Shown: positions 17,507-26,474 of the stretch, piece by piece
How positions within the stretch are numbered: position 1 is the first letter of the stretch
How the letters are laid out: each line of letters begins with the position of its first letter
Position numbers and translations under genes: made by a program
Assembly: GCA_964509895.1 (NCBI GenBank)
Contig: CAZDZJ010000132.1
Location: 18,269-82,268 of the forward strand
Origin: an uncultured Gemmatimonadota bacterium
GTDB lineage: Bacteria > Gemmatimonadota > Gemmatimonadetes > Palauibacterales > Palauibacteraceae
Direction: 5' to 3'
Length of the DNA stretch: 64,000 bases
Notes under the pieces: generated by a model
Database searches by the model: none
The model's input: only the letters and a program-made list of their open reading frames with translations
What the model was told of the DNA's origin: nothing

Positions 17507-19210
17507 CTACCGGCGCTCGAACGCCGCATCCATGAGCAGCCAGGTATTCGGGTCGAGGACGACGTCGAGCGGCTCCGCGGGAACGGGGATCGTGAACCGA
17601 CCCTGCCGACCATCGACCTCGACGACTTCGATCCGGGGTGGCCGCGTGGCCCCATGCACGCCGCCCTCCAGCGGACCGTCCGGCGGCAGATGGATCGCGA
17701 TCTCGACCGGCATGCGGAAGGTGTGGCGCTCGTCCTGCGCCTGCCGGATGTCGACCTGTATCGCGCCGCCCGCCGGGTCGTAGCTCCAGCCGCCCTCGTA
17801 TTCGAGCCACCCGCCCCGATGGAGCCACTGGTCGAAGAAGGCACGGAGGTCGAGGCCCGACGCCTCCTCCATCGCCCGCCGGAAGTCCGTCGTCGTCGCG
17901 TTCCGGTCCTGAAACTCCCGGTAGTACGCCTGGATCCCGGCCCAGAACGCGTCCTCCCCGACAACCCCGCGCAGCATGTGAAGCACCCACGAACCCTTCT
18001 GGTAGGTTCCCGGCCCGCTCGTGACCCGGCTCATGTCCGAGAGATTGTCGTGGACGATCCGGTAGTCCGGGTTCTCCGCCATGAAGTCCCGGATCCGGTC
18101 GCGGCTCACTTTCAGTCGCTCGATGAACTCGTCACGACCGTATTGATGTTCGATGAAGAGGAGCGTGAAGTAGGTCGCGAAGCCTTCACTCAGCCAGACG
18201 TCGTCCCAATCGTATTCCGTGACCGCGTTTCCGAACCACTGATGGGCGACTTCGTGAATGATCACGTTCCGCCAGCGCACATCCCGTTCCCCTGTCACCG
18301 AGGCGTCGCCGTAGAAGATGGCGGTGGCCGCTTCCATCCCGCCCCCGACGCTGTTCGACTGCACGTTGGCCAGTTTCTCGTACGAGTAGGGGCCGACCAT
18401 GTCGCCGTAGAACTCCATCGCCTGCTTCGTCGGCACCGCGAAGTCATGGAAGCCCGCGTCGCGGTCCTGGGCGTAGACCCACGTTTGGATCGGCACGCCG
18501 TTGTAGTAGTCCACCGTCTGCACGGCGAAGCGAGCCGCGCCGAGCGCGTACAGCCAGGTGGCGATCGGGACCGACTGCTTCCAGTGCGAGAGGCGCGTGC
18601 CGTCCAGGAGGTCCGTCTCCTCGATGAGCAGCCCGTTGGAGATGACCTGGTAGTGGGCCGGCGCCGTCACGATGAGTTCGTTCGTGGCCTTGTCGTACGG
18701 GTGGTCGATCGTCGGCAGCCAGTTGCGCGCCTTGTTCGGCCAGTTGTCGCTGAAGAAGGTCCGGTCCCCATGCTTGTTGGGACCGATGATGAGACCGGTG
18801 GCCGGCACGCCCTCGTAGCTGACGACGATCTGCCGGCGCTCGCCCGCCTCCGCGGGACGGGCCAGCGTGACGACCAGCGCGTCGTCTCCGTGCGTGAAGT
18901 CCAGCGGGCCCCCGGCGCCGGTTACTCCGCGCACCCGCATGCCCGTGCCGTCCGGCCGCTCGTGGATGAGGTCGAGCCGCAGTCGTTCGATTCCCGGCTC
19001 GAGGAAGCGGAGGTCGATCGTCGCCTCGCCCGAGATCATGTCCGTCTCGTCGCTCAGGGTGAGCGCGAAGGCGTAGTTGAGCGCGTCGATCGCGGGATTC
19101 TTGGGATACGTGTCCGCCGTCGTCGCCGCGCGGGAGCGGGACGCCGGTTCCCCCGCGCCCGATCCGAGCGTCAGCGATGAGACGAGAAGAAGAGGAAGGG
19201 CGTACTTCAT
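17507..19210 (-). CDS. M1-family aminopeptidase, secreted
   Basis: ATG at 19210 and signal MKYALPLLLVSSLTLGSGA. Motifs GGMEAA, HEVAHQWFGN and WLSEGFATY (the gluzincin HExxH+E arrangement). Confidence 0.9.
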   Translation of the reverse strand: MKYALPLLLVSSLTLGSGAGEPASRSRAATTADTYPKNPAIDALNYAFALTLSDETDMISGEATIDLRFLEPGIERLRLDLIHERPDGTGMRVRGVTGAGGPLDFTHGDDALVVTLARPAEAGERRQIVVSYEGVPATGLIIGPNKHGDRTFFSDNWPNKARNWLPTIDHPYDKATNELIVTAPAHYQVISNGLLIEETDLLDGTRLSHWKQSVPIATWLYALGAARFAVQTVDYYNGVPIQTWVYAQDRDAGFHDFAVPTKQAMEFYGDMVGPYSYEKLANVQSNSVGGGMEAATAIFYGDASVTGERDVRWRNVIIHEVAHQWFGNAVTEYDWDDVWLSEGFATYFTLLFIEHQYGRDEFIERLKVSRDRIRDFMAENPDYRIVHDNLSDMSRVTSGPGTYQKGSWVLHMLRGVVGEDAFWAGIQAYYREFQDRNATTTDFRRAMEEASGLDLRAFFDQWLHRGGWLEYEGGWSYDPAGGAIQVDIRQAQDERHTFRMPVEIAIHLPPDGPLEGGVHGATRPPRIEVVEVDGRQGRFTIPVPAEPLDVVLDPNTWLLMDAAFERR

Positions 19211-19385
19211 CGAGCACCTCGCGCTGGTTTGGATTCGCCGGCAGTGAACCTGCAACGGGAGCCGGGGTTCGCGCACCCGCACGTCGTCCTGGCTATCCAC
19301 AAGGAGAAGGCGGGGCCGCGGCGATTTGACGGGCTTCGCCGCAGCCGGCAATCGTGGCAAGAACCGAATCCGCGGAGGTGCCGGA

Positions 19386-20903
19386 ATGAAACGTCGATGC
19401 GCCGTTCTCCTCGTTGCCGGTTTCACCCTTGCCTGGCCGCTCGCGCCACCCGCCGTGGGCCAGGAGACGATCGCCATTGTCGGGGCGACGGTCATCGATG
19501 GGAACGGGGGCGATCCGATGCCGGACGCCACCGTCATCGTCGAAGGCTCCCGGATCACGGATCTGGGTCCGCGCGGTGCCACTCCCGTACCCGACGGCGC
19601 GCGGGTCATCGACGGGGCGGGGAAGTTCCTCACCCCCGGTTTCGTGGATACCAACGTTCACACGAGCCTCTACGGCGCCGGCTTCGGGAAGCACCGGAAG
19701 GAGAACGCGGTCTTCTACTGGGAGCGCGGGGCGGAGATCGCTCTCGAAGCTGCGCAGATGCACCTGAAGCACGGCGTGACGCACCTCCGCGACAGCTACG
19801 GCCAGCTGCCCCAACTCATCGAGGTGCGCGAGGCCATCGCGGAGGGACGGGAAGTCGGCCCACGCATGCAGGTGGCCGGGAACATCGTAGGCTGGGGCGG
19901 CGCCTTCTCCGTCACCTTCTCGCTCATCGCGGACACGGACCTGTCGCTCTGGGAGGAGCAGTTCTCCGACCACCTCGCGCAGGGCGCCGGCGAGGACCTC
20001 ATGGACATGTACCCCGAGGAACTCCGGGTCGCGATCAACGACTACCTCGACAAGGGCGTGGACTTCGTGAAGTACGGGGGGAGCAGCCACTGGTCCTACC
20101 CGACGATGATCGGTTTCTCCCCCGAGGCGCAGCGCGTGATCGTGGAGGAGACCCACCGGCGCGGACTCGTCGCCGAGACGCACGCCACCAACCCGGAGAG
20201 CCTGCGGCTCGCGGTGGAAGCGGGGATCGACCTCATCCAGCACCCGGAACTCCTGGCCGGCCGCCCATATTCGGAGGAACTGCTGACGCAGATCCGCGAG
20301 CGCGGCGTGATCTGCTCGATGCTCGTGAACACGATCACGGGGGCGGCGTGGGAGCAGCACCTGGCGGATGTCGCGGCCGCGGAGCAACGCCTCGCCAACG
20401 AGGGGGAATCCGCCGAATGGGGGCGGCTGCGCCGGCCCGTCGAACGGGAGAAGACGTCGTTCGAACTGCGCCGCGAGCGCAACGCCCTCGGGCACGGCAA
20501 CGCCATGCGCCGCCAGAACGCCAAAAGCCTCATCGACGCGGGCTGCATCGTCACGCTCGGAACGGACAACTTTCCCGCCGCCGACATCCGGTTCCTCCGC
20601 GAGCCGAAGCCGATCTGGCAGGAACCCGGCATCGGCACACTGATGGCCATCGAAGGCCTCGTCGAACTCGGCATGACCCCGTCCGAGGCCATCGTGGCCG
20701 GAACCCGCAACGGCGCCCTCGCCGCCCGCGGCCTCGACGACTTCGGCACGATCGAAGTCGGCAAGTTCGCGGACCTGGTCCTCCTGGACGCCAACCCCCT
20801 GGACGACATCCGCAACATCCGCCGGCAGGCGATGGTGATGAAGGAGGGGAAGGTGATCGACGTCGACGCCCTCCCGACAAACCCCGTCATGTTCGTCCGC
20901 TGA
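19386..20903 (+). CDS. Amidohydrolase family protein, secreted (paralog 1)
   Basis: ATG at 19386 and signal MKRRCAVLLVAGFTLAWPLAPPAVG. Motifs GATVIDGNGG, PGFVDTNVH, ETHATN, IQHP, GTDN, and the C-terminal GKFADLVLLDANPL. It is about 70% identical by eye to the CDS at 26475. Confidence 0.85.
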   Translation: MKRRCAVLLVAGFTLAWPLAPPAVGQETIAIVGATVIDGNGGDPMPDATVIVEGSRITDLGPRGATPVPDGARVIDGAGKFLTPGFVDTNVHTSLYGAGFGKHRKENAVFYWERGAEIALEAAQMHLKHGVTHLRDSYGQLPQLIEVREAIAEGREVGPRMQVAGNIVGWGGAFSVTFSLIADTDLSLWEEQFSDHLAQGAGEDLMDMYPEELRVAINDYLDKGVDFVKYGGSSHWSYPTMIGFSPEAQRVIVEETHRRGLVAETHATNPESLRLAVEAGIDLIQHPELLAGRPYSEELLTQIRERGVICSMLVNTITGAAWEQHLADVAAAEQRLANEGESAEWGRLRRPVEREKTSFELRRERNALGHGNAMRRQNAKSLIDAGCIVTLGTDNFPAADIRFLREPKPIWQEPGIGTLMAIEGLVELGMTPSEAIVAGTRNGALAARGLDDFGTIEVGKFADLVLLDANPLDDIRNIRRQAMVMKEGKVIDVDALPTNPVMFVR

Positions 20904-20951
20904 CGCGATCGCGGGGGCGCTCGTAGGGCCTTATCATGGATGCGATATTGC

Positions 20952-20980
20952 TTGCCCATATGGAGCAATATGGGTAGTAT
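20952..20980 (+). promoter_or_regulatory. Candidate sigma70-type promoter/operator of vapBC-2
   Basis: TTGCCC (20952-57), a 17-nt spacer, then TAGTAT (20975-80), 10 nt before the ATG. Three ATATGG/TATGG direct repeats spaced about 10-11 nt apart overlap it. The region is a local AT-rich island. Confidence 0.35.
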
Positions 20981-20989
20981 GGGTCAGAG

Positions 20990-21256
20990 ATGAAAACGAC
21001 GATCGATATCCATAGCGAGCTGCTCGTTCGTGCCAAACGGTACGCCAGCGACAACCGTCGTTCTCTTCGATCCGTCGTCGAAGAGGGGTTGAGACGGGTA
21101 CTCGAGGCGAGGCCGATCATCTCCGGATACCGGATGCCGGATTGCAGCAAGGGAGACCCCCGCGACGAAGATCCCCTGGCAGCCTATACGTGGCAGGATC
21201 TCTCGGAGATGATCTACGATCCGGGAAGCATCTACAAACATCCCGGCACCGGATGA
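20990..21256 (+). CDS. vapB: VapB-family type II antitoxin
   Basis: The N-terminus MKTTIDIHSELLVRAKRYA is typical of VapB antitoxins paired with PIN toxins. Its stop overlaps the vapC start (ATGA). Confidence 0.7.
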   Translation: MKTTIDIHSELLVRAKRYASDNRRSLRSVVEEGLRRVLEARPIISGYRMPDCSKGDPRDEDPLAAYTWQDLSEMIYDPGSIYKHPGTG

Positions 21257-21699
21257 TCGCGGTAGACACGAACATCCTCGTGTATGCGCATCGCCGCGAG
21301 TCGTCCCTCCACGAGTCGGCGCGCGGCATGCTTGAGATACTCGCGGAGGGCGACGGTGCGTGGGGCATACCCTGGCCCTGCTGCTACGAGTTCCTGGGCA
21401 TCGTGACGAACCGGCGCATCTGGCGCGACGCGGCGACGGAGCCCGACGAAGCATGGACCCAGCTTCGCGCCTGGACCGAGTCGCCGTCCAACCGCTTGCT
21501 GGGAGAGACGGACGGTTTCCTCGACTTGCTGGAGCGTTTGGTCACGCGCCGGCGCATCCGCGGCCCGCTCGTCCACGATGCCCGGGTGGCGGCGATATGC
21601 CTGGCCCACGGCGTGGAAGCCCTGCTCACGCGAGATCGCGACTTTGCGCTCTTTCCGGAACTGGTGACGCGGGACCCCTGGCGAGACCGCCCCGGTTGA
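21253..21699 (+). CDS. vapC: PIN-domain toxin VapC
   Basis: Motifs MIAVDTNILVY, CYEFLGIV, LVHDARVAA and LLTRDRDF carry the PIN acidic residues. Confidence 0.85.
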   Translation: MIAVDTNILVYAHRRESSLHESARGMLEILAEGDGAWGIPWPCCYEFLGIVTNRRIWRDAATEPDEAWTQLRAWTESPSNRLLGETDGFLDLLERLVTRRRIRGPLVHDARVAAICLAHGVEALLTRDRDFALFPELVTRDPWRDRPG

Positions 21700-21795
21700 G
21701 CCGACCGGTATCCTGCAACACAGGTGTCGGGAAGTCCGAGACCGCCGGACGGATCCTGGACCTAAGCTACGGCGATCCCACTGCCGACCAGGAAC

Positions 21796-23079
21796 TCAGC
21801 GATTCCGGCGTAATCGGCGCCGACACTCGGGATGCAGCGTGGACACCAGGCGATTGAAGTGCTCACGCATCCACTCGACGGCTTCGTCGAAGTCGCGGAT
21901 CTTTCCGTCCACGAACTCCGTGCCGCGACTGAAACCCAGGCGCGGTTGGCCTGTGGCATTGATCCATTCCTTCCCTCCGTCAAGCACTCCTCCCAGTTCC
22001 TCATGATGGCCCACGGCACCGACGATCTCATCGAAGATTCTTCCCTCTTCCGCGAAGCCCGCGCGCCTCGTCAGATAGGTTCCGATACTGGATCCGCTGC
22101 GATCGAGGTAGGCGCCAAAGGATATGCCCCACCCTCCGTGCCCCGACCCTTCGACCTTGACCCAGACGGTTGCTGATCTGGAGGTCTGCGGCACCTCGGG
22201 TTCGGGGTCGTCAAAGGCAAAGTCTCTCAACACCGCCGCCCAGAATCGCTCGTTCTCATCCTCGCTCGGAGACGGCTCGTGCTCTTCAATCGGGTCGTCG
22301 TCGGTCCCTTCCAGAATCGTCCTGCGAACGAGAACCGTGCGGGGCAAGAGTTCGGTCCGCGCCAGAACGCGCGGTTGGATGATCAGATCTTCTCTATCCG
22401 CACGGCAAAAGACGGCGGCTTCGACGAGTGCGAGATTGAAGCGGAGACCGCTGTGTGCCTGAACATACGAGACGATGTCCTCGACTCCCTCACGGATTCC
22501 GTCGCCGATGATCAGCAGCAGGAATTCGCCGCGCTTCAGCCGGCGAGCGACGTGATCGACGAAGACGTGCTCCTGGATGTCGCCGTGCGTCTGGGAAACG
22601 ATCTCGAATGGCGACCGTTGGGTTCGGTGCCTGACCTCTCGTTCGAGGTCGTCGTAACTCCACGACGCGAGCACACGGGCGTAGTCGAGGATCTGGCCGA
22701 TCACTTCCCGGCGGGCGCCCGGGTTCCTCCAGAGTTTGAACTCGGCAAGGATGATTCTTCCGGTCGGCGTCAGATACAAAGCATCGGCCGATCCGGCCCG
22801 CGTGCCGAGTTCCAAGCAGACCGGGACTGGCTCGCCGTACGCTGGATCAATCTCACCGAGCGGCAGGATGTCCGCGTGCCGGAACAGGATTCCCTGCAAG
22901 AGCCCCTCGTCGATTGGACCCTCGCCTCGAGTGGATCTAACGGGAACGTGCTGCCAAGTGGTTCTCGCGGTGAGGTCTTCTTCAACTGAACGAGCTTTCC
23001 GTACATTTCGCGCCTTTCCGTGAACAGTTCCGAGGGACAAGGCCGATCTGGCGGCAGCCGATCCCGGGCCGGACTGCAA
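21796..23079 (-). CDS. PD-(D/E)xK (RecB/Cas4-like) nuclease-domain protein with an uncharacterised C-terminal domain
   Basis: GSADALYL...GRIILAEFKLWRN...GQILDY gives a D...ExK...QxxxY pattern. The C-terminal roughly 170 aa begin with ERFWAAVL and end with W..HF, resembling DUF4268 (inference). Many A/T-ending codons are atypical for this window. The ORF-track start is TTG at 23079, and the true start is uncertain. Confidence 0.55.
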   Translation of the reverse strand: MQSGPGSAAARSALSLGTVHGKARNVRKARSVEEDLTARTTWQHVPVRSTRGEGPIDEGLLQGILFRHADILPLGEIDPAYGEPVPVCLELGTRAGSADALYLTPTGRIILAEFKLWRNPGARREVIGQILDYARVLASWSYDDLEREVRHRTQRSPFEIVSQTHGDIQEHVFVDHVARRLKRGEFLLLIIGDGIREGVEDIVSYVQAHSGLRFNLALVEAAVFCRADREDLIIQPRVLARTELLPRTVLVRRTILEGTDDDPIEEHEPSPSEDENERFWAAVLRDFAFDDPEPEVPQTSRSATVWVKVEGSGHGGWGISFGAYLDRSGSSIGTYLTRRAGFAEEGRIFDEIVGAVGHHEELGGVLDGGKEWINATGQPRLGFSRGTEFVDGKIRDFDEAVEWMREHFNRLVSTLHPECRRRLRRNR

Positions 23080-23170
23080 GATAGCGGCTACCTATCGCGC
23101 TCCCCACCGACCGCACCTTCACGACCGGGCGGGCTGGCGGGCGGCGGGGGCGTCCGGTAGAGTCCCGCGC

Positions 23171-23950
23171 ATGGATCTCGGGCTGAAGGGGAAAGTTGCG
23201 GTCGTCACCGGCGGGAGCCGGGGGATCGGCCTCTACATCGCGCGGGCGCTCGGGGCGGAAGGCGCGCGGCTGGCGCTGTGCGCGCGCAACCGCGATCCGC
23301 TCCAGGCAGCCACCGAGTCGCTGCGGGCGGACGGAGTCGCGGACGTTGTCACGGTGGCCTGTGACATCGCCGAGGAGGGCGGCGCCGCGCAACTCGTCGA
23401 GGCGGCCGTCGACCGCTACGGGGCGCTGGACGTCCTCGTGAACAACGTCGGCGGCAACCGGCGCGGTCAGTTCGAGGAGACGAGCGACGAGGACTGGCTC
23501 GACATCCTCCAGCTCAACGTCCTATCGGGCTTCCGGGCGAGCCGGCTGGCGATTCCTCACATGCGCGCGGCTGGCGGCGGGTCGATCGTCTTCGTGTCAT
23601 CGGTCTTCGGGCGCGAGAAGGGCGGTCCCGGCCTTTCGATCTACAACACGACGAAGACGGCGCTCATCTCGGCCGCCGGGATCATGGCGCTGGAACTGGC
23701 GAAGGACGGGATCCGCGTGAACTGCGTCGCGCCCGGCTCCATCCAATTCCCCGGCGGGAGCTGGGACAAGCGCGTCAAGTCGGACCCGGAGGGGATGCGG
23801 AAGTTCGTGGACGCGAACCTGCCGCTGGGACGGTTCGGGCGGGCCGACGAGGTGGCGGATGTCGTGGCGTTCCTGGCCTCCGAGCGGGCCAGCCTGATCA
23901 CCGGCGCCTGTATCGCCGTGGACGGCTCACAGGGACGATCGCTCGTCTGA
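23171..23950 (+). CDS. Short-chain dehydrogenase/reductase (SDR)
   Basis: TGGSRGIG, NNVG and the catalytic SIYNTTKTA (YxxxK) motifs. Confidence 0.9.
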   Translation: MDLGLKGKVAVVTGGSRGIGLYIARALGAEGARLALCARNRDPLQAATESLRADGVADVVTVACDIAEEGGAAQLVEAAVDRYGALDVLVNNVGGNRRGQFEETSDEDWLDILQLNVLSGFRASRLAIPHMRAAGGGSIVFVSSVFGREKGGPGLSIYNTTKTALISAAGIMALELAKDGIRVNCVAPGSIQFPGGSWDKRVKSDPEGMRKFVDANLPLGRFGRADEVADVVAFLASERASLITGACIAVDGSQGRSLV

Positions 23951-23968
23951 CCGCCGCCTGACGGCCTG

Positions 23969-25138
23969 TCAGGCGAAGCGGACCAGTTTCACGTACAGTT
24001 CGCGCGTTGCTCCCTTCGGCGCCCGCCACTGAATGAGGATCGGGCTCTGGTACGTTCCCCAGGGGATCTTGCTCCTTTCGTCCCCTTCGGGGTGGATGAC
24101 GGGCAGGCTGATGTCCCGCCGGAGGCCCTGGAAGCGGGATACCGGCAAGGCCAGCGCCCGGTTCAACATCCGCGCGATCACGGATTCGTCCACTCCCATT
24201 CGTTCGAGGGCCCAGTTGAGAATGTGCACGGCCTCCACCGTGGCGGTGTCGATGACGGGCCCGGGCGAAGTGCGGAGCACGGTCGTGCCCATCCTCGCGA
24301 CGTTCAGCGCCTTGCCGGACAGTTGCAGCGCCTTCCCGGGCAGCCGCAGGGCCTTCCCGGGCAGCGACAGCGGCGTTCTCAGGACCTGCCTGCCCTGATC
24401 GGCCATGAAGCGCAGGGGGCTGAGCAGAGCCCCGCGGAGATCGTTCTTCATCAGCAGCGGCTCGAACTCGTTTACCGTCAGGCTCGCGTCCGTCTCCTCG
24501 GGTGCGAGGGAAACATCGAGCCGTCCGTACGAGATCCCATGTTCCTCGACGAGCTCCTCCAGGCGGTCCACGAAGCCGGACCCGGGTTCCCGCAGGTCGA
24601 CGGCCTCGATCGCCCGCGACGATGCTTCGACGCTCAGGCTGGTTCGGGCCACGATTTCCTCCGACGCGTACCCCACGACCGTCGTTCTCCGGCGCCGGGT
24701 TCCGCCCCTGTGCACGCCGTCGAGATCGACGAACCACACCGGCCGTTCCCCGTGGTTGTCGTACGAGGTCGCGCTCTGGAGTCCCGCGCTGATGAACGTC
24801 AGGTGCGAGTCCGCGTTCTCCGGTTCCGTGGCCTTCTGTTCATCCGAGAGTTCGGTTCGCCGCTCCAGTTCGTCGTGCTCGTAACCGGCGTTGGGCGGAA
24901 ACACCTCGTGGAAGACCTTGATGTATTCCCGCACCTTCTCCGGGTCGTGGTCGAGCCGCTGGGCGAGCCGCTGATCCAGGTATCCCGCCGTCGTGTGATC
25001 GGAGATGTAGAGTGCCTTCGGATACCGGATGAAGTCGGATCCGAACTCCTCGGCCACCCTCGCCCGCACATCGATGAAGTCCGTGCGGGCCGCCGGCCTG
25101 ATCGCGAGTGTGGTTTTGAACGGAGGATCCGACGACAT
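23969..25138 (-). CDS. Tandem YjbQ/UPF0047-like protein
   Basis: ATG at 25138. The first half has DFIDV, SDHTTAGYL, GYEHD and NADSHL. The second half has TDASLTVNE and a C-terminal WGTYQSPILIQW...RELYVKLVRF. These fit two degenerate YjbQ-like halves. Confidence 0.55.
   Translation of the reverse strand: MSSDPPFKTTLAIRPAARTDFIDVRARVAEEFGSDFIRYPKALYISDHTTAGYLDQRLAQRLDHDPEKVREYIKVFHEVFPPNAGYEHDELERRTELSDEQKATEPENADSHLTFISAGLQSATSYDNHGERPVWFVDLDGVHRGGTRRRRTTVVGYASEEIVARTSLSVEASSRAIEAVDLREPGSGFVDRLEELVEEHGISYGRLDVSLAPEETDASLTVNEFEPLLMKNDLRGALLSPLRFMADQGRQVLRTPLSLPGKALRLPGKALQLSGKALNVARMGTTVLRTSPGPVIDTATVEAVHILNWALERMGVDESVIARMLNRALALPVSRFQGLRRDISLPVIHPEGDERSKIPWGTYQSPILIQWRAPKGATRELYVKLVRFA
24305..24367 (-). 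repeat. 3 x 21-nt in-frame tandem repeat inside the YjbQ-like CDS
   Basis: The units are cagcgccttgccggacagttg, cagcgccttcccgggcagccg and cagggccttcccgggcagcga. On the minus strand they encode LPGKALR / LPGKALQ / LSGKALN. Confidence 0.85.
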
Positions 25139-25176
25139 CCTGCACCTCCCGAGACTGTGACGCAGTGGGGCCCGGC

Positions 25177-26247
25177 TTACGGCCGCCAGAGCCACCCGTG
25201 GCGATCTTCTATCCGGCCGGTCTGAATCCCGTGCAGCTCCGCCTTGAGACGGGCCGCGAGGGAGTCGGGACGCTGAGGAAGCATGATGTCCGTGCCGTCG
25301 AACCCCAGTCGGTCGATGGGCTGGACCGTGGCCGCCGTCCCGGAACCGAACGCCTCATCCAGCGTGCCGGCGGCGTACGCCCCCAGAATCTCGTCCACGG
25401 AGATCCGGCGCTCCTCGCACGGAATCCCGAAATCCGCGCACAGCCGGATCAGCGAGTCGCGCGTGACGCCGGGCAGGATCGTCCCCTCGAGCGGCGGCGT
25501 AATCGCCGTGCCGTCGATGACGAACCACATGTTCATGACGCCGCACTCCTCGATGTACCGGCCCTCGTGACCATCGAGCCAGATCACGTTGTCGTACCCC
25601 TGCCTCTGCGCGAGCTGGGCGGCCAACATCGTGGGCCCGTAGTTGGCCGCCGGCTTGTGGCCGCCGACGCCTCCCTTGAAGGCCCGCACGTACTTGCGGG
25701 TGGCCACGAGGCTGACGGTCGCCGATCCGGTGAAGTAGAGTCCGACCGGCGTCGTCATGAGGACGTACCGGAACGACCGGCCCGACACCACGCTGAGCGT
25801 TGGATCCGTGCTGAAGTAGCTGGGGCGGACGTAGAGCGCCCCCTGCTCGGCCGTGGGCAGCCACCCGCGGTCCACTTCGAGCAGCTCCCGCATCCCTTCG
25901 AAGAACAGATCCTTCGGTAGTTCAGGCATCACGAAGCGGGCCGCCGTGCGGTTGAACCGCTTCTGGTTCATCTCCGGACGGAAGACGACAAGATCGCCCT
26001 CGGGGGTCATGTGCGCCTTGAAGCCCTCGAACATCGAGACGGCGTACTGCAGCCCCTTGGAACTCGGGTACATCGGCATCGGGCCGTAGGGCCGGATCTC
26101 CGCGCCGCTCCACTCGCCGTCGATGTTGTCGGCCACGAACATGTGGTCCGACCAGATCGATCCGAAGGGAAGGTTGTCGAAATCCACGGACTCGAGCCGC
26201 GAACGCTCGACGTGTCTGAGGGGGAATCGGGTGGTGATCGTCGCCAT
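25177..26247 (-). CDS. ilvE: Branched-chain amino acid aminotransferase
   Basis: ATG at 26247 (MATITTRF...). Motifs SDHMF, FEGFKA, VRP, the PLP-lysine region AFKGGVGGHKPAANY, and GVTR. Confidence 0.9.
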   Translation of the reverse strand: MATITTRFPLRHVERSRLESVDFDNLPFGSIWSDHMFVADNIDGEWSGAEIRPYGPMPMYPSSKGLQYAVSMFEGFKAHMTPEGDLVVFRPEMNQKRFNRTAARFVMPELPKDLFFEGMRELLEVDRGWLPTAEQGALYVRPSYFSTDPTLSVVSGRSFRYVLMTTPVGLYFTGSATVSLVATRKYVRAFKGGVGGHKPAANYGPTMLAAQLAQRQGYDNVIWLDGHEGRYIEECGVMNMWFVIDGTAITPPLEGTILPGVTRDSLIRLCADFGIPCEERRISVDEILGAYAAGTLDEAFGSGTAATVQPIDRLGFDGTDIMLPQRPDSLAARLKAELHGIQTGRIEDRHGWLWRP

Positions 26248-26474
26248 TATCTCTCGCCTGTAGTCAGTCGTCTGTATCCGTCGTCGCCGGCCGGCCCGTC
26301 GATTCCGCGTCATGCCTCTGACGGAGTCCGGGATGAGCCGGATGCGACAGCCTAACGCGCACCGTCCCGCCCTGCCAACCGATGGCGTCCTCGCCGGCGC
26401 AGACGGCTACTCGCGGGCCGAGCAAGCTGTTAGTCTCAAATTACTCACGCTCCGCTGAAACGAGGAGGTCCCGC

